From Phoronis australis (taxonomy: Eukaryota > Animalia > Phoronida): a DNA stretch of 64,000 nucleotides. The DNA lies in assembly GCA_002633005.1 (NCBI GenBank), contig NMRA01000031.1, forward strand, positions 1-64,000, in the 5' to 3' direction. Numbering within the stretch: position 1 is the stretch's first letter; the number at the start of each line of letters is the position of its first letter. The position numbers and the translations under genes are program-made. Below the pieces are notes generated by a model. It was not told the DNA's origin, did not search any database, and worked only from the letters and a program-made list of their open reading frames with translations. Positions 62,869 to 64,000 of this stretch are shown one piece after another.

Positions 62869-64000
62869 GTGATTAACCGATTAACCGCATGGGTTTAGTT
62901 ACTTAAGTCGGGCCCAAAACCAAATGATGCTGTCAACTTTCCCTTGCAAAAACGTAGTTTTCCCAACAATGAATAACTATTATACCTGTGTATGAATTTT
63001 TAGAAAATAACAATTGCTCTATATGTGTGTATTTAGGCAACGTTATACGGGATCATTGCTTTTTTGAAAGTGAAATTTATGTTTTGCACTTGTGTCTGAG
63101 CTTTATAAGAACTGGCAGTCTGTTGATGATATCAACATTAATTGGTTTGTGTCAGTATTTGAGGTGATAAAACACATCAATGACAAACTCAAATGTTTAT
63201 ATAAATATATAAATCCAACCAGACTTAGAAATCTTTGCGAAACTCGGATGTTCTAAATACGAAGTACAGATTCAATCCTGAGGTTACAGCACTCAAAGAC
63301 GCTACTTGGCGGCCAGACCACTCAATACTATGACCGCTGATTCTGTGTGTAGTGCGTCTCTGCCGATTGGCTAGAATCCACAGTATCAGCCGTGAAATAA
63401 GCCCACTGGCTTGTAATAGTTGACTTTTGAAATAGCCGCGCCATATTGAAATTCATTATTCTGCAAGATGGTGATCAGTGGCCCGTTCCTACAAAACTGA
63501 CTTAGCTAAGACAAATCTTGAATTTTTTAAGTAAATTTTAAAATAAAAGTTAAATCTGTCTCAAAACCAATTCAAGAAAGAGATCTTAAGTTTGACTTAA
63601 GTGTTTGATATAAGTCTTAATTTTGACTAACTTACCTAATGGGAAGTTTGAAAGTTTGGAAATTAAGACATATTTTAAACTCAAGTAAAAATAAACTTAA
63701 GTCAGTTTCTTGGAACAGGCCCCAGGTCTTTGTTGGACTGGCATTCAGCGCCACGGTGAATACCCCATGAAGTGTGGACGGGAGGTTTGGACCTACTGGT
63801 ATAAACAGCGTACAACACCGATCTTGCTATCTAAGTGCCAGACAATTTCCACTGTTGTGCCGTGCGGTGTACTAATGGGCCTGGCAAACCTCTTGAAATA
63901 TCCATGGATGGAGGACATTGTGTCCCATACATTTCCCACTGTGAAAAAGAATTTGCGGCTGGGAAGTCAATGACTGCACTAGCCGATGTCAAAAAGCTAT

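Larger units (their letters stand above)
60160..63749 (+). repeat. Second copy of 56159-59688 (segmental duplicate or alternative haplotype)
   Basis: Collinear and highly similar, with scattered SNPs and indels. The first copy ends at the N at 59689. Confidence 0.9.

Overview
AT-rich, intron-rich, repeat-dense animal genomic DNA, most consistent with a marine invertebrate draft assembly (inference); it includes a 412-N gap and a single-N join. Host genes are: (1) a complete 9-coding-exon MAGE/NSE3 (NSMCE3) gene on + at 16922-25889; (2) a cluster of single-coding-exon RING-Bbox2-coiled-coil-NHL TRIM genes on - at about 30.5-44.7 kb, with one intact copy, one truncated copy, one cut by the gap, an orphan 3' end and two decayed RING-start duplicates, showing mosaic, gene-conversion-like patches; (3) the 5' part of a SUV39H-type chromodomain gene on + from 52516, whose exons 2-3 appear twice, probably as two haplotypes, one carrying a THAP transposon at a TTAA site. 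Mobile DNA includes a Penelope-like retroelement whose two pLTRs each carry a minimal hammerhead ribozyme motif, Kolobok-like THAP elements, a TA-flanked TIR element with a HIRAN-like ORF relic, LINE fragments, tRNA-derived SINEs, a foldback element, a Helentron/HINE-like repeat and several MITEs. No rRNA, true tRNA or CRISPR array was found. All homology calls are from motif recognition by eye; no searches were run.
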